A stretch of DNA of 64,000 nt from Azolla caroliniana (lineage: Eukaryota; Plantae; Polypodiophyta), in NCBI GenBank assembly GCA_043228905.1, contig JBHGNT010000017.1, positions 5,332,001-5,396,000 on the forward strand, written 5' to 3'. This document shows positions 1 through 13,325 of this stretch, in pieces. The notes under the pieces are model-generated. The model worked only from the letters and a program-made list of their open reading frames with translations. It did no database searches and had not been told where the DNA came from. The position numbers and the translations under genes were made by a program. The first letter of the stretch is position 1. Each line of letters starts with the position of its first letter.

Positions 1-566
1 TTAGGGCTTGTCCGCCACAACCACGGGGCCTATCTTCCTCTGTGTACAACATCTTGTTGTCGGTGTGCATACAACATCTTCGTTGGTGGTGTAGTCCGAC
101 ACGGACATGTCTTTTTGCCGAATGTTGTTCAACTCTTGTCGGAGTTTAAGCTTTCGGGCGGTTGTGTTGGCGGCGAGCATTTTCTTTAAGTTCTCGCACG
201 CCTCTTTGGGCGTCTTGAATGTGGCTAAGCATGTGGTCGTGGACACATGTTGCCAAGCAATACATGACTCGACTCACCGCTTGCTCCCATGTTGAGTAGT
301 GGGCATTCTTTGGGTCGGGTCGATTTTCTTGAGCGTCATTGATGTAGCTCCAATACCCTTGGCCGATGAGGTATTGGTTCATCTTGTACTTCTAAGATGA
401 ATAATTGCTCCGGTCTAGCTTTTCACTAGGGAGCGAGCTACCCATTTGTGTGTTCATGTTGATTGTAATGTCTCCGTTTTTGCTTTCCTTCCTTCGGTCA
501 CGTACACGTGCTACGTAGCGGCACTACGGTAGTGGATAGCCGGATTTTGTCGTTGACGTCTCGAAC

Positions 567-1296
567 TGTTGGGAACTCGACGTTCCTAATGTCCGACGCT
601 CGGCCACAACCGAGATTCTTTACATACACAGAAAAACAGGTAATGAAACGCGACACAAAAGAGGAGAAATGGTACACAGGAGGTATACGTGGAAAACCCC
701 AAAATAGGGGAAAAAACCACGGCAGCCCACAAGCTGCAAACTGTCACTATGCAGAAATATACAACAGTGAGATCACTGAGGCAACGACCTCGTGTCTCAG
801 ATCTTCGCCACAGGCGGCGGTTACAACAGAGGCAACAACCTCGTCTCTCTCTCTCTCTCTCTCCGTCTCTCTATACAGTTACGCGCTCTGATTTCTTCTT
901 GCACCAACAAGAAAGAAAAATAACAAGAATGACAACAACGACTAAAAGTTTGCCCTAAGTCATATTTATACTAATATGACTTTTCGGCTATTTACAAATG
1001 TAGCCTCGATGGGCTCCATCCGGCTCTCCGCAGTCGGGTACTCTTCATCCGGCTCTCCGCAGTCGGGTACTCCTCATCCGGTTCATACCGGGCCTACACC
1101 ATCCGACTCTCCGCAGTCGGGTACTCCTCATCCGGTTCATACCGGGCCTACACCATCCGACTCTCCGCAGCCGGGTACTCCTCATCCGGTTCATACCGGG
1201 CCTACACCATCCGACTCTCCGCAGTCGGGTACTCCTCATCCGGTTCATCGGCACTGGTCTTCTCACTTCCCATCCGGAGGGACCTGTCTACCAACA
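567..1296 (-). mobile_element. Solo LTR of the copia lineage represented by 46054-51409
   Basis: TGTTGG..CCAACA termini. Reverse complement shares GTGGTTTTTCCC, GGGTTTTCCACGTA, CTCGGTTGTGGCCGAGC, GACTTAGGGCAAAC and GTCCCTCCGGATGGGA with the 46054 LTR. Flanked by direct repeat TCGAAC (561-566 and 1297-1302). Confidence 0.85.
1017..1248. repeat. 54-bp tandem repeat (about 3.5 copies plus a partial unit) inside the solo LTR
   Basis: Unit CTCTCCGCAGTCGGGTACTCCTCATCCGGTTCATACCGGGCCTACACCATCCGA; appears as an 18-aa repeat in ORFs 976-1332 and 1045-1266. Confidence 0.95.
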
Positions 1297-1807
1297 TCGA
1301 ACACACAATTACGAAGAGGTAGATGGGCTTAGTGAATGTGCTAAACCACACGCTCTGATACCATGTTAAGAATTAGGTAATTAACTATGGGTTAATTAGT
1401 ACCTAATTATGTGGTTAAGCTAAGCGGAAGATTAAGTGATTGTGTGTGTATGTGTGTGTGTGTGTGTGTGAGAGGAAGAAAGAGAGGAAGTTAACACTTA
1501 TGAATAACACAAGATGGGGGATGATTAACTCTATATTAAATTAGCATCATCATCAAATACAAAAATACCTACAATGAGGTATATGTAGATCTCATCGCAA
1601 GGGTGCACATGTGTGAGGAGAATATAGGTACAAAGGTGTAAGTCCTATATTAGTACTTGGGAGTGGAGGATCTAGAATATCCCACTTAAGTACAAGGTCC
1701 TACTTAAGGCGTTATAGTCACCACTCCTAACTAGATTCTATCTAGCTAACTACGACGTTACATGGTTGACTAAATAACTAAAGTAAGTTGAGCTTGATCT
1801 CTCAACA

Positions 1808-2745
1808 AAAACGTACATCCATGTGGACCAATTCTAGTGCACATTCTCTTCTCTTTGGTGGCCTAGAGTGAAATGCGGCTCTATTTTGTTTTTCGGCCAG
1901 GCAATCCACGCATTTTTCAAAATGCATTTCTTTTGCTTCTGGAAGAATATTCTTCTCGTCTAGGATATGCATGCCTCTCTCGCTCATGTGACCAAGCCTT
2001 TTATGCCATACATCACCATCTAAGTCGGTTGCCACATTTGCCTCATCTTTACACAACTTGGCATGCAGTACATATAGAGTACCTTGTTTTTGTGTTCGAA
2101 CCACCATGAAACTTCCCTTGCAAAACTTCCACATAACATTTTGAAAGCTACCATTGTAGCCTTCTTCGTCAAGTCTTCCAGTTGATATCATATTCAATCT
2201 GACATCCGGCACATGCCGTACATCCCTCAATACTAACTTACAACCACTTGATGTTATCAAACATACATTGCCAATACCAATGATCTTGCATGCTCCATTA
2301 TCTCCCATCTTTACATAGCCATAGTCACCAGTTGTGTAAGATGAAAAACATTCTCTTGTGGGAGATAAATGGAACGATGCATCAGAGTCGATCACCTAAG
2401 AGCACTCTTCCTTTGCAAGGTTGACACTCGCTTGCTCGCAAATGAATAAAAGCTCTTCTTCACTAGTAGGAATGGCTGAAGTGCTTTTCTCCTCGGGTAT
2501 CTTCTTGGGTTCGACATCATTAGCCACATCTTTGTCTTTCTTAAGATGTCAACAATCCTTTTAGAAGTGTATAGGTTCCACATTAGAAACATGTGAGCCT
2601 TCTCTTGGACTTTGACCTGGCATGGGACTTGTTTCTCTTTTGTGGACTCCTATTCTTGCTTTTGCCTCTACTAAGGTTTCGTGCCACATTCACTTCCAAT
2701 TGGTATAGGACACCCTTGTCCTTTCTTCTTGTCTCTTCATTTAGG
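1808..2745 (-). mobile_element. Truncated, degenerate copia gag-end/protease/GAG-pre-integrase fragment (same lineage as 46054-51409)
   Basis: IDSDASFHL..YVKMGDNGACKIIGIG..DVRHVPDVRLN..WHKRLGHMSERG..CVDCLAEKQNR..LELVHMDV aligns with ORF 47616-48284. Cut on both sides by other LTRs. Confidence 0.9.
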
Positions 2746-2747
2746 AT

Positions 2748-2796
2748 TGTAACGGGATGGGAGGCAAGAGTGATTGCAATGCAGCGGAAGAAGATT

Positions 2797-2892
<96 letters not shown>

Positions 2893-2899
2893 CAACAGA

Positions 2900-2956
<57 letters not shown>

Positions 2957-5900
2957 CTTAAGGTAGAGATAGAAAAACTGTATATTAACTAAAAAAACAT
3001 CAAACATAAAACATCCAACAGTAACTAAGTTACAATGCATTGGTTTATATACCAACTAAGCTAGGGCAAGTGCCCTTTCTACTATTTACAAAACAAGCCC
3101 AACATGTCCATGAGCTAGTGTGAAACCTATCTATGGGAAGTTGAGTTCGACTCTCAACCCGCCCCTTCGAACACAACTTCTATCTGTCGAGAAGGTTGTT
3201 CAGTTCGTACTTTGACTTTTCTAGTCGACTGTGTTGCGTACTCGCGTACTCAATCAATTATGTATGTGTTGCGTATCGTTGCGTATTGCTTCCATGTCGC
3301 TTGTACCTGTACTCCCCCTCAAGTTCGACAATGTAGATGTCGTGAGACCAAGATCCGATGCAAATTGCACGAGCTTGTCGACTCCTAAGGCCTTCGTAAA
3401 TATATCAGCAACTTGGAGGTGCGTACTGGTATGTTGTAGATCGATCTCGCCAACCTGTACGCACTCGCGGATGAAATGGTAATGCACTTTGATATGTTTA
3501 GTCCGCGCGTGGAATACGGGGTTCCGTGCTAGGTAGATACTGCTCATGTTGTCGCAGTAGAGACGAATTGGATCCTTGATGGGAACGCCCAGATCCTTTA
3601 GTATGCGTTTAAGCCATACGGCTTTGCATGTGGCGATTGTTGCGCCCCTATATTTAGCTTCCGTGCTCGACAGTGCGATTGTCGGTTGTTTCTTGCTACT
3701 CCAAGAGATTGCTCCGCTACCGAGGGAGAAGACAAATCCGGAGGTGGATCGTCTATCCACTTTATAGCTTGCCTAGTCCACGTCGGTGTACCCTTCGAGT
3801 CAAATAGTCGTGTTCGACTTATACATGATGTTGTAAGCCATTGTCGTACTGACATACCGTAGTATCCTCTTAGCACAATCAAGATGAAGGTTTCACGGAT
3901 TCTGCATGAATTGGCTAAGTAGGCCGACCGAATAACTAAGGTCAGGTCGCGTAATGGTTAGATAGATCAAACTACTGATCAGTTGTCGATACTGAGTCGG
4001 CTCGCTCTCAACGGTTCCAGAATTGGCATCAATCTTTAGGTTACGATCGAGAGGGGTAGACATAGGCTTGCACTCGAGCATTCCGAACTTGTAGAGTAAG
4101 TTGAGGACGTAGTGCCGTTGTGAGATCATTATCCCGACTGGTGTTCGAATTACTTCAATGCCTAGGAAGTAATGGTGTTCGTGCAGGTCTTTCATTTCGA
4201 ATCTGCCAAAGAGAAGTGTTTTGACTTTGTTGATCTTGGAGAGATCCTTTCCTCCGATTACCAAGTCATCCACATATAGGATGATGATGATTGGGCTATC
4301 TGACTCATTTCGGATGTACAGAGAACTATCGGATTTTGACATCTGAAATCCGACTTGATGAAGATACTCCGTGATCTTCGAATGCCAAGCACGCGGTGCT
4401 TGTTTGAGGCCGTAGAGTGGCTTCTTGAGTTGGCATACGGTGTGCAGATGTTTACGCGATTCAAATCTGGGTGGTTGTATCATGTACACCTCTTCTTCTA
4501 ACTCTCCTTGGAGGAAAGCATTTTTCATGTCTATCTGGTGGAGGTGCCATCCCTTCGCTGCGGCGAGTGCAATTATTGTCCGTACAGTTGTCATCTTTGC
4601 CACCGGGGCAAAGGTTTCTTCGTAGTCTATGCCATGCATTTACGCGTAGCCTTTCGCAACGAGTCGTGCTTTGAAGCGATTTATGGATCCGTCGGCATCG
4701 TATTTTACTTTTTATATCCATTTGCAACCAATCGCTTTCTTGTTCGGGGGGAGATGAACGAGATCCCATGTTTCGTTTTTGCATAAAGCTTCCATCTCCT
4801 CATTCATCCCGTCGACCCATCGCGGATCCTTTGCGGCTTCGGAAAGCGTTTCCAGTTCCTGTACTGACGCTACTTTCATCATAAAAGCGTAGTGATACGC
4901 CACGTACTCGTCGTAGCCGTAGCGGTTTACGGGGTTCTTTCCACGCGTGGATCGGCGTAGCTCTCGATCCGTGGGGAGTATGGCTTTCTTCGCTCCATCT
5001 ATGTGTATGTCGAGATCTTCAAATTCACTATCAAGAGAGTGAAGCATCTCGGTCTCTTCCTAATCTTCATATTCCTGCATTTTCGCCATCCCTTTGTCCA
5101 GCTTCGGACTCGGCCGAGATGTGCTTTCATCGCTCGGCGGCTCTGATGGCCCACTCAGTCATGTCATAATTGGGTTGTCTTCTAACATCTATGTGAGCCG
5201 ATCCTCGACTTCTATTTCTATTTCAGTGTCATTCGCGTCGAGCGGGGTTGGAGTCGAAGTATTCTCTAGTGCGTACCAGGATGCGTATTCGTCGAAAACT
5301 ACATCTCAACTTGTTCGAACCTTATGGGTAGATGGGTTGTAGCATTTGTGCCCCTTCTGTTCGAGTGAGTATCCTACGAGGATACATTTCTCCGACTTTG
5401 GGTCAAGCTTTTGCCACGTATCGTCGGGAATATGTATGTAGGCAATAGAACCGAAAATGCGGATATGTGACAAGTTCGGCTTCTTTCCGAAGAATTTCTC
5501 ATGCGGGTTATATCATGTACTCCCGAGGTTGTGCACCTATTCATGAGATATACGGCCATATTTGCCGCTTCTGCCCAATATGATTTCGGCAAGTTCTTCT
5601 CGTTCATCATGGCTCGTGCGACTTCTACTACATGGCGATTTTTACGCTCTACTACGCCGTTTTGCTGAGGCGTGTGCCGACACGAGAACTCTTGTCAGAT
5701 TCCTTCTTTTCGGAGATACGTCATAAATTCATCCGAAAAATATTCCTTGCCTCCATCTGATCAAAGACAACGTACATTCCGACCCGTAGTTTTTTCAACT
5801 TCGGCTTTGAATGTCTGGAAGTGCCTGAACACTTCACTCTTCTGCTTCATCAGATAGATCCAGGTGTTCCTGGAGATGTCGTCGATGAACGTGACATAGT

Positions 5901-7113
5901 ATCGACATCTGTCGAATGTTGCTATTTGGGTTGGTCCCCACACATCTGAATGTACGACATCCAAGATTCCTTTGCTCACATTCCGCTCGTTAGGGAATGG
6001 GTGACGGCGTTGCTTTCCGAACTGACATGCTTCACATACGCCTGTACTCTCCTTCGCCGTAAAGTTCGGGAGTCTGATTATGACTCCTTTCGATTGCATG
6101 TTCTAGAGCTTTTGGAGATTGATGTGGCTAATTCTCTTGTGCCACAGTTTCAAGTCGATTTCGACTTTCTGGCCCTTTGCAAACATGGCCGACTTTACCT
6201 CGCTCGATTCAAGGATGAACATATGGCCTTCACGACGGCCGTGAGCTATGACTTGATCGCCTTTTTCGATGAAGCACCCATCGTTATTGAAGCGTACTTG
6301 CATTCCTTGTTCGACAATCTAGCCAACCGAGACCAGGTTTTTTGTAATAGTGGGGACATGCAACACGTTCTTGAGGTAGGTCTATTTGTCGTCGTTTCCG
6401 AATGGGACGTTCTCGATATGCTGTATTGGGTGAGTCGTGTCATCTCCTGTTTTGACATATCCGGGACGTTCAAGCTTCCGTAGTTCCCGAAACCAATATT
6501 CATGGGACGTCATGTGATTGGATTCTCCCGAATCAACAAACCATACGTTGTTCAGAGTGGAATCGGTAGTTGACGCATTCATTATGAACATTCCGCCACG
6601 GTCGCCATAGTCAGAGTTCGTGGCGTAATTTGTTAGTTGTCGGCCTTGCTCACGCTTCTTCTTCCAACACTCCTCTTCGTAGTGGTCGGGTTTTCCGCAG
6701 TACCCGCACTCAACTGGATTCCTACGATTGCTTGGTCCAACGTGATGACTTCCCCTTCCGTCGAACTCTCTGGGGCCGTTTTTGTCCGCTTGCCATTGGT
6801 GGGAGTTACACTCTTGGTTGTGTCGGCTTTGGCCGAGTCGACCTCTCCTTCTGCGGCTTTGTCCATTTCCTCCATCGAAGTTCGAATATAGCATTTGTCC
6901 GTCATGCACGTTGTTCCTTTGACGCACGTGATTCTCTTCAACTAGCAACAATGATTGGAGATCAAAAAAGGAGGGAGGATTCTCTCGCGTGAGAACGGCC
7001 GATCTTATTGCGCCAAATCATGGTGCCAAGCCACGGAGGCATATCTGCACCATTTCTTCGTCGTCAATGCTAACATTGATTGATCCAAGGGCATCGCACA
7101 ACTCCTTGATCTT
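2748..7113 (-). mobile_element. 5'-truncated degenerate Ty1/copia element: 3' LTR ~2748-3159, RNase H, RT, integrase, protease, zinc knuckle and part of gag
   Basis: RNase H ([27 protein letters not shown], 3254-3760); RT (DYEETFAPVAK..YVDD, 3893-4639); integrase pieces 5370-6100; protease WFVDSG ~6540; zinc knuckle CGYCGKPDHYEEEC. Many stops and frameshifts. The LTR begins TGTAAC at 2748 and holds (GT)n/(GA)n. Confidence 0.9.
2799..2954. repeat. (GT)n followed by (GA)n microsatellite within an LTR
   Basis: Directly visible dinucleotide runs. Confidence 0.98.
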
Positions 7114-7286
7114 TCGTGGAGAAAGGCTTAGATTACAGAAATCCCTTCTTAGGGTTTTTGGCAAGTTCCACAAAATTGTGTTGTCACTCATTCACACTCA
7201 CTCTCTTTCTCTTCTCATCTACTCTATGTATCTCTTATCTCACTTAATACTACTATCACAACATCGTAATAATCTTGCCCTAGCTC

Positions 7287-7361
<75 letters not shown>

Positions 7362-7649
7362 AATATATTATTATAATATAATAATAATAATTAATCGGTC
7401 TGACTAGTCGACTCGTCTTCATCCACATGCTCGGTTCCACTAGGCGGCCTCTTCTTCATTCACATAGTTGGCCTCTACTTTGACTACCGGGTCAGCCCAA
7501 CTGGTCGACTCAACTATTTAGCCAAGCCATCCGATCCTCAAGTCTTCACATCTATTGATAATTAATACATTCAACTCGTTGGTCGATCCAACCGACCGAC
7601 CAAAACTCGGTTGCCGACCTCTCCCATTAGGAGGAACAATGTCCTAACA
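7114..7649 (-). mobile_element. Possible truncated LTR of another retrotransposon, containing (TG)n at ~7288-7358
   Basis: Abruptly replaces gag at ~7113. Ends in ..CCTAACA (TGTTAGG on minus). Microsatellite plus AAACCCTA-type motif as in other LTRs. No partner LTR or TSD seen. Confidence 0.35.
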
Positions 7650-8509
7650 TAAAAGGGAGAGGTGTGCTCATTATTGGGAATATTTTTTTATCAAGATGGA
7701 AGTGTTGGTGAAATCTCGAAAGAGCTTGGACTAGCAAATCAAGAGTGCATTAGAGACCATCAATGACAAGAGGCAATGAAGTTGTCTCATTGGTCTTCTA
7801 AACAAAAACTCAAGGATATCCCTCTAAAGCTTTACCGCAAATCCTACATCTCTAACTTCCTCATCTATTTACCCCTTCTTAGCCACTCCATGTAATAGAG
7901 TTGACATAATCTCATTATATATGAGATTAATCCTTTGATGTATTTTGCTTGTTGATACCCATATAAAACTACATTCTATAATCTATTATCAAATGCCACT
8001 CATTATAGAATAGGATTTGTGTTAGAAATTTTAAGTTTGGAGCGCGAAGTTACATCATTTGGATCAAGATTTGTAAAAAGATGACTCCTTGAATTACTAC
8101 TTCACAAAACTCACATCGTAGATGCGAAGGGTTTGTGACAAGGTTCTTGTTAGTCCTTTCGGAGTACAATTCTAATCACATGATGAGAAGTTGGAGCCTT
8201 TTCGTCCTCCAACCATCTCCTCCTTTAATCTCATTCAATGTACGGGTTGGGAATAAAATAATAATATGAGTATGTAGGCCTAACTTGCCACATAGATGTA
8301 TTCATGTAAAGCAAAATTTGAACCTTGCAACTTTAAAATTTAAAGCATTATTTTCACCAATAAGGTGAGTATTATTAAGTGTTACACTTCTTAACAAAAC
8401 ATAAATTTTATTACATCTGAATATATAGTCAAAAACCACTAAAACAAAAAAAAACCACATGATTTCAATGTTGGAAGCCCATCCTCTCTTGTTCAAGTCC
8501 TTGATGATC

Positions 8510-8740
8510 CTGCTCACGTTTCACATGCACGCATATAACTTCACAACAAAGTCATTGATGTAACCATTGTTTTTGTGATTGCTAAAATCCACGTCTTCAA
8601 TGTGCTCGATCATGTGTGTGGAGTCATCATCAATCTCCACCATATCAAGTCTCTTGGCTTCCCTTAGATTCATGAACTATTCTTGATGGCTCATCATGTG
8701 CTTTAAGGCTCCTGAGTCCACGAACAAGAAATCACTAGGT
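8510..8740 (-). mobile_element. Highly decayed copia protease-region remnant
   Basis: Minus strand reads FVDSGALKHMMSHQE*FMNLREAKRLDMVEIDDDSTHMIEHIEDV, parallel to FVDSGESNHMTSHEYWFRELRK..GDDTTHPIQHIENV at 6400-6540. Confidence 0.7.
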
Positions 8741-11700
8741 TGGAAATTGCTCGTTGTAATGATATTCCCTTGGTGTCACATTCATGACAAACTTTGGCTT
8801 TTTGTTATCTCGGTATAGTTCATTTGCTACTAGGCCTGGGTTGCCTCATCATTCTTCTTCTTCTAGCACTCTAATTCAAAGTTGTCAGGATTTTTGTAAT
8901 ACCAACACTTGGTCAACTAGATTTGCCGGGTTAATGAAAGCTAGTGGAAGTCTTCCCTTATACTATATTCCCTCAACTATTTCCACCTTATTGCTATTGG
9001 GAATTAACTATGGTGGATCTCATCCACCTCTTCCTCATGTGTTCATATACACTTTTCCCAACATCATGTTTTTCTCCATAAGCATATGTTCACACAAGTT
9101 GAGCATGATTCTCAATACCAAATTTGGGTAAAATATAGACTCATCTTAGAACACGCCCCCCACCAACCAAGGAGACCGTAAACAAGATTTACTCGATCAT
9201 GTATGTGAAGATAAACAAATTGTGCATGTTTACTCAACTCTACAAGCCCCAACCTTCACAACTGCTACCTCAATGATGTCACTCCCAACACTAGCACTAC
9301 ACACACTCCAAAGTCCATATGGAAGCAAGCAATGGCACCATGGAAGCAATCACGACAACATATGCCACAATTGAATCTATGTAAGTCTCTCACAACCCAA
9401 TTGACCACTCAAAAACCACCCACCACAAAGGCACAAACTGAAAACCAACGCCTAGAGGAAAAACTACTCCATGCCACTTCCACTAGCAAAAAATCCAAGA
9501 AAAGACCACCCAAGTGCATTTTAAACTCAACTCCATCTTCTAAATTTAACCAAGAGCTCCCAACATGAAAAGGCCTTACACACGGAACGAATTGCCCAAC
9601 TTGAGGCCAAGTTAAATACTACCGAAACCAAGCTACACACCAAAACACAAAAACTCAACTAGGCCTAGAGTGAAGTAGATTCCCTTCATCACAACCAATA
9701 ACAAGCTTAACATTGATTTAGAAGTTGTGAAGTTCCTAGCTATCACTGTCTCTAGATGTTCATGGGGGCACACAATGGTAATGTTGGATGATATTTAGGC
9801 CCTACAAAACACTCAACAATTTCTTGAATCTCAACTAGTCGAGGCACGAGCTAATCCTACCCACTGTCCACAACTATTCATGTGCAACTACACCTTGAAT
9901 TAGTTTGCATCATTGTGCCCCTTGAGGAACACGGTTTAGCATCCATGACATGAACTACTTGTACATGTTATTTATGATCTACCCTGACTCCACTATGAAA
10001 GAACTTTCTAATGCCAATAGCCTCTCAATGAGACCCTACCCGTGCTACTCCTCACTTACTCACTTCTCCACCCCCAAACTTCATGATGCACCCCTCCACA
10101 ACACTAACCCTCTCACTAAACCTTATTTCCATACTCCTCTCCATCTCACTTTCCTCCACCCTTCCCCTTATACCCCCTTCATCTCCAAGCTTCTTCACAA
10201 CTTGACTGTCTCCCTTGCCCTTTTGTTCATGTCATTTCGCCTTTATTTCTCCCACATCCTATTGAGTACATGTCCCTAACACCACCCAACCCATGTTTGG
10301 AAATGATCCAACTAACTAGGATAATTGTAAAAAGGACAACAAGCTAAAAGCCCAGAATTGCCAAATTAGTATGAACCCTCCAACCTTAAAAAACTAGGGT
10401 TACAAAGAAGCAGTGGTTGAGTGTTGAGTTAGTAGGTTACATGGAAAATTAGCAGTAATATAGTGTGCAAAGCGTGAATGTCATACTCATTGTGTGTGTA
10501 TCTTCCATGTATTTCATTATCTCTCATGTCCTCTAATAAATTATCTTGCTCCCTGTTGGTTTTTTGCATTGTGGTAGAAACCATTTCAGATTAATTCTTT
10601 GCATGTAATTTGACATTTCCATTGCACATGGTGTACTTCGTGAGCAGTATTGTTGTGGCAATATATCCCATATAGATGATCATTATCCCCATTGCCTATT
10701 CTTGTAGCACATGTTGTGCATCATAAGTTGATTGAAGATAAAGCTTGAACACAAAGTTGTCCTAGCCCATCCCTATTGTCAATCCCATGCTAGGGTCTAA
10801 ATAATTTTGCCATGTATCCATGTCCATATAGATATCTTATTAAAACCAAACGAACCCTACTCTAATCCCGAGTTTATTTTGCAAGGAAATTTTTCCTTAA
10901 ACATAGTGCAAAAATAAATGTTGGTCATATATGCACATTCTACCATGCTTGTGTTTCACCAGTAACATATTCGTGAACCTTTGAGGTTGTTGGTAAACAA
11001 CTTTAATACAATTGTCTTTATTTATAAGGCCCACTTTTGTTTATGTATCTAAAAATTGTTTGTAAAGTAGGTCAAAATGAAGTTACAAAGGTGAATGAGA
11101 TTAGCACATGATTTGGGTAAAAAGGAGGATAAAAAACAATGAATTGCGAAGCATTGTTGTGTGGGAGAGATGATTGTTTCTATAAAAGTAGAGAGGTTTG
11201 CCTTTCATAAACTTCCTTTTGTGAGAGGGAGGCACACTCATATGGATATGGTCTACATCAAAGACCATAGTCATCATATGGATCGAGTTACCCACACCCT
11301 CAAAGGATATTTTGAGTAGTTAAAATAAACCCTATTTGTAAAGAATAAATATAATCAACTTTTCATCATCCATGAGGAGAACATATTTGACCCATGGGAT
11401 CGAATAAACTCTCTATGTGAAAATAATATGCACACACGTTTGTTGATGGAGATTTATTTCAGTATGACACTTTTATCATTCTCGTCTACGAAGTCACCAC
11501 ACTTCTTATGAATTACCTTAAATGATGAGCATGTGACAAGTGATATTCATCCTCCACTAGTTTTTTCATTGCATACCTTCATACTTGGGTGACGATGTGA
11601 CGATGCTACTTCAAACCTAACATATGTGACCAAGTTTGAAGAATTCATCTTATCTTCAAGAGCCAAGGCTCATGAGGGTAGGTAGATAGAAATATTTTTA

Positions 11701-12202
11701 ACATCCATGAGAGACCAATCACAATCTATGAGACAAGACCTAGGCAATGGCGCGGAACTTTGATTCTAAGGTGTAAACCGCTCAGTGAAACTGTAGTAAG
11801 ATGCAATTGGACACATTTTAACATTTTTATCTTGTATTGGGGGCCAATATTGAGGGTTAAATTTTGCAAATGTAAATTTCAAAATTTGACATTGTAGCAT
11901 ATTGACACTTCATACTTAGCACCTCTAGTAATCTTATCATTAATGATCAATATGTTTCGCAACATCACCGGAGGAGCTCTAAGAAATCTTTTACTCCCCA
12001 TCTTTTAAACCATTTCATGATGTCAAAGCACCTAGTTAGACTAGAGGATTCTTTCTCTTATTTGTAGACGAGAAGATTCTGCTCTTATTCATTCGATGTA
12101 CCTTGCATCGTGTGTTCCAAGAGGCATAACAAATTGTATAGATCGACTAGCTTCGCGGTTGAGGTAGGCCTTTCTTTGTAGACCAACCATATTTGTGCGA
12201 GG

Positions 12203-12504
12203 TAGGAATTGGAACGGTTCGTTTTCGGCTAAACAGGTTTTGTCCGGTTAAGCCTAAACCGGTTTGGGAGTTTTCAAAACTGAATCGAACCAGTTCCAAA
12301 ACCGGTTTAGCCAAGCCGATTAAGCCTTAACTGGCATGGAAACTGGTTTGCCCAAAATTGGTTCAGTTCGGCTTGAGCCATTCCAAGCCGAGCTCAGACA
12401 CGGTTAAGGACGCTCCAGCCTAAACCGAACCGAACCCGCCAAACCGTTTGGAAACGGTTTAACGGCTCGGGTTTAGGCTTGAGCCGAGCCGTTGCCGAGT
12501 CCAG
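12203..12504. mobile_element. Putative hAT-like MITE with many AAACCG/CGGTTT subterminal motifs
   Basis: Dense AACCG/CGGTT motifs in both orientations. Imperfect inverted ends (GGAATTGGAACGGTTCG.. versus reverse complement GGACTCGGCAACGGCTCG..). No clear TSD. Confidence 0.4.
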
Positions 12505-12519
12505 GTTCCAGGGCTTTCC

Positions 12520-12625
12520 AAAGAGGACGAAGAAGAAGAAGAAGAAGAAGAAGTAAAAAAAAGGCCAAAGACGAGTCTAACGAGGTCGTCCAATGGGGGA
12601 GGGCCACGTCATCAGATTTGAAAGA

Positions 12626-12673
<48 letters not shown>

Positions 12674-12741
12674 AAAGCAAAGAAAAGTCCCAACAAACAA
12701 GAGGGTGTCAAAAGATTGGTGAAGAAGCCATTGCCACAGAC

Positions 12742-12788
<47 letters not shown>

Positions 12789-13154
12789 AAGGATTTGAGA
12801 GGGAAGGAACAGAGCATGTGGGGGGAGAGAGACAGAGAAGAGAGAGAGAGAAAGTCGAAGAATTTGTTTGAGAAAAGAGAGAGAAACAGAGGATGTGGGG
12901 GTCATAGAGAGGAGAGAAGAGAGAGAAGTAGAAGGATTTGAGAGTGAGTGAGAGAGGCACAGTGTATGGTGGGGACAGAGACAGAGAGAAACAGAGGATT
13001 TGCTGGAGAGAGAGAGAGAGAGAGAGAGAGGATTTGGTGACAGAGATAGATAGGTGGAGGATTGAAAAAACATTTAGAGAGAGAGAGAGAGAAACAGAGG
13101 ATTAATGAGTGAGAGCGAGGAATTTGGGTAGGGATAGAGAAATAGAGGATTTTG

Positions 13155-13196
<42 letters not shown>

Positions 13197-13272
13197 CAAT
13201 AATGTAACATGTGCTGCTAATAAAGCAAAGAAAAGGTATGGATCTCCGAAAGGAAGATTCTCTCTCTCTGCC

Positions 13273-13309
<37 letters not shown>

Positions 13310-13325
13310 TTCTTCTTCTCTCTTT
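12520..13325. repeat. Compound (GA)n/(GAA)n low-complexity tract with internal direct repeats, switching to (CT)/(CTT)n near 13260
   Basis: Multiple (GA)n runs; repeated blocks GAGAGAAACAGAGGAT and GAAGGATTTGAGAG. Confidence 0.9.

Larger units (their letters stand above)
77..1807 (-). mobile_element. 5' part of a Ty1/copia element: 5' LTR 1364-1807, PBS, leader and degenerate gag N-terminus; interrupted by a solo LTR at 567-1296
   Basis: LTR bounded by TGTTAAG(1364)..TCAACA(1807). On the minus strand the PBS TGGTATCAGAGC lies at 1352-1363. gag starts at ATG 445 (MGSSLPSEKLDRSNY..KMNQYLIGQGYWSYI..), homologous to the gag at 58458, and carries a stop and a frameshift. Confidence 0.85.

Noticed and set aside
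1-76. Sequence replacing gag at ~76 and ending CAACA, possibly another LTR end
   Set aside because: Only 76 bp are visible, with no partner LTR or TSD to confirm it.
1017-1248. Regularly spaced repeats resembling a CRISPR array or a repeat protein (SPQSGTPHPVHTGPTPSD)n
   Set aside because: Units are contiguous and near-identical with no unique spacers. They lie in a solo LTR in a eukaryotic context.
9100-12150. Short ORFs and C/A-rich tracts
   Set aside because: No recognisable motifs, splice-consistent exons or terminal repeats. Probably old TE debris.
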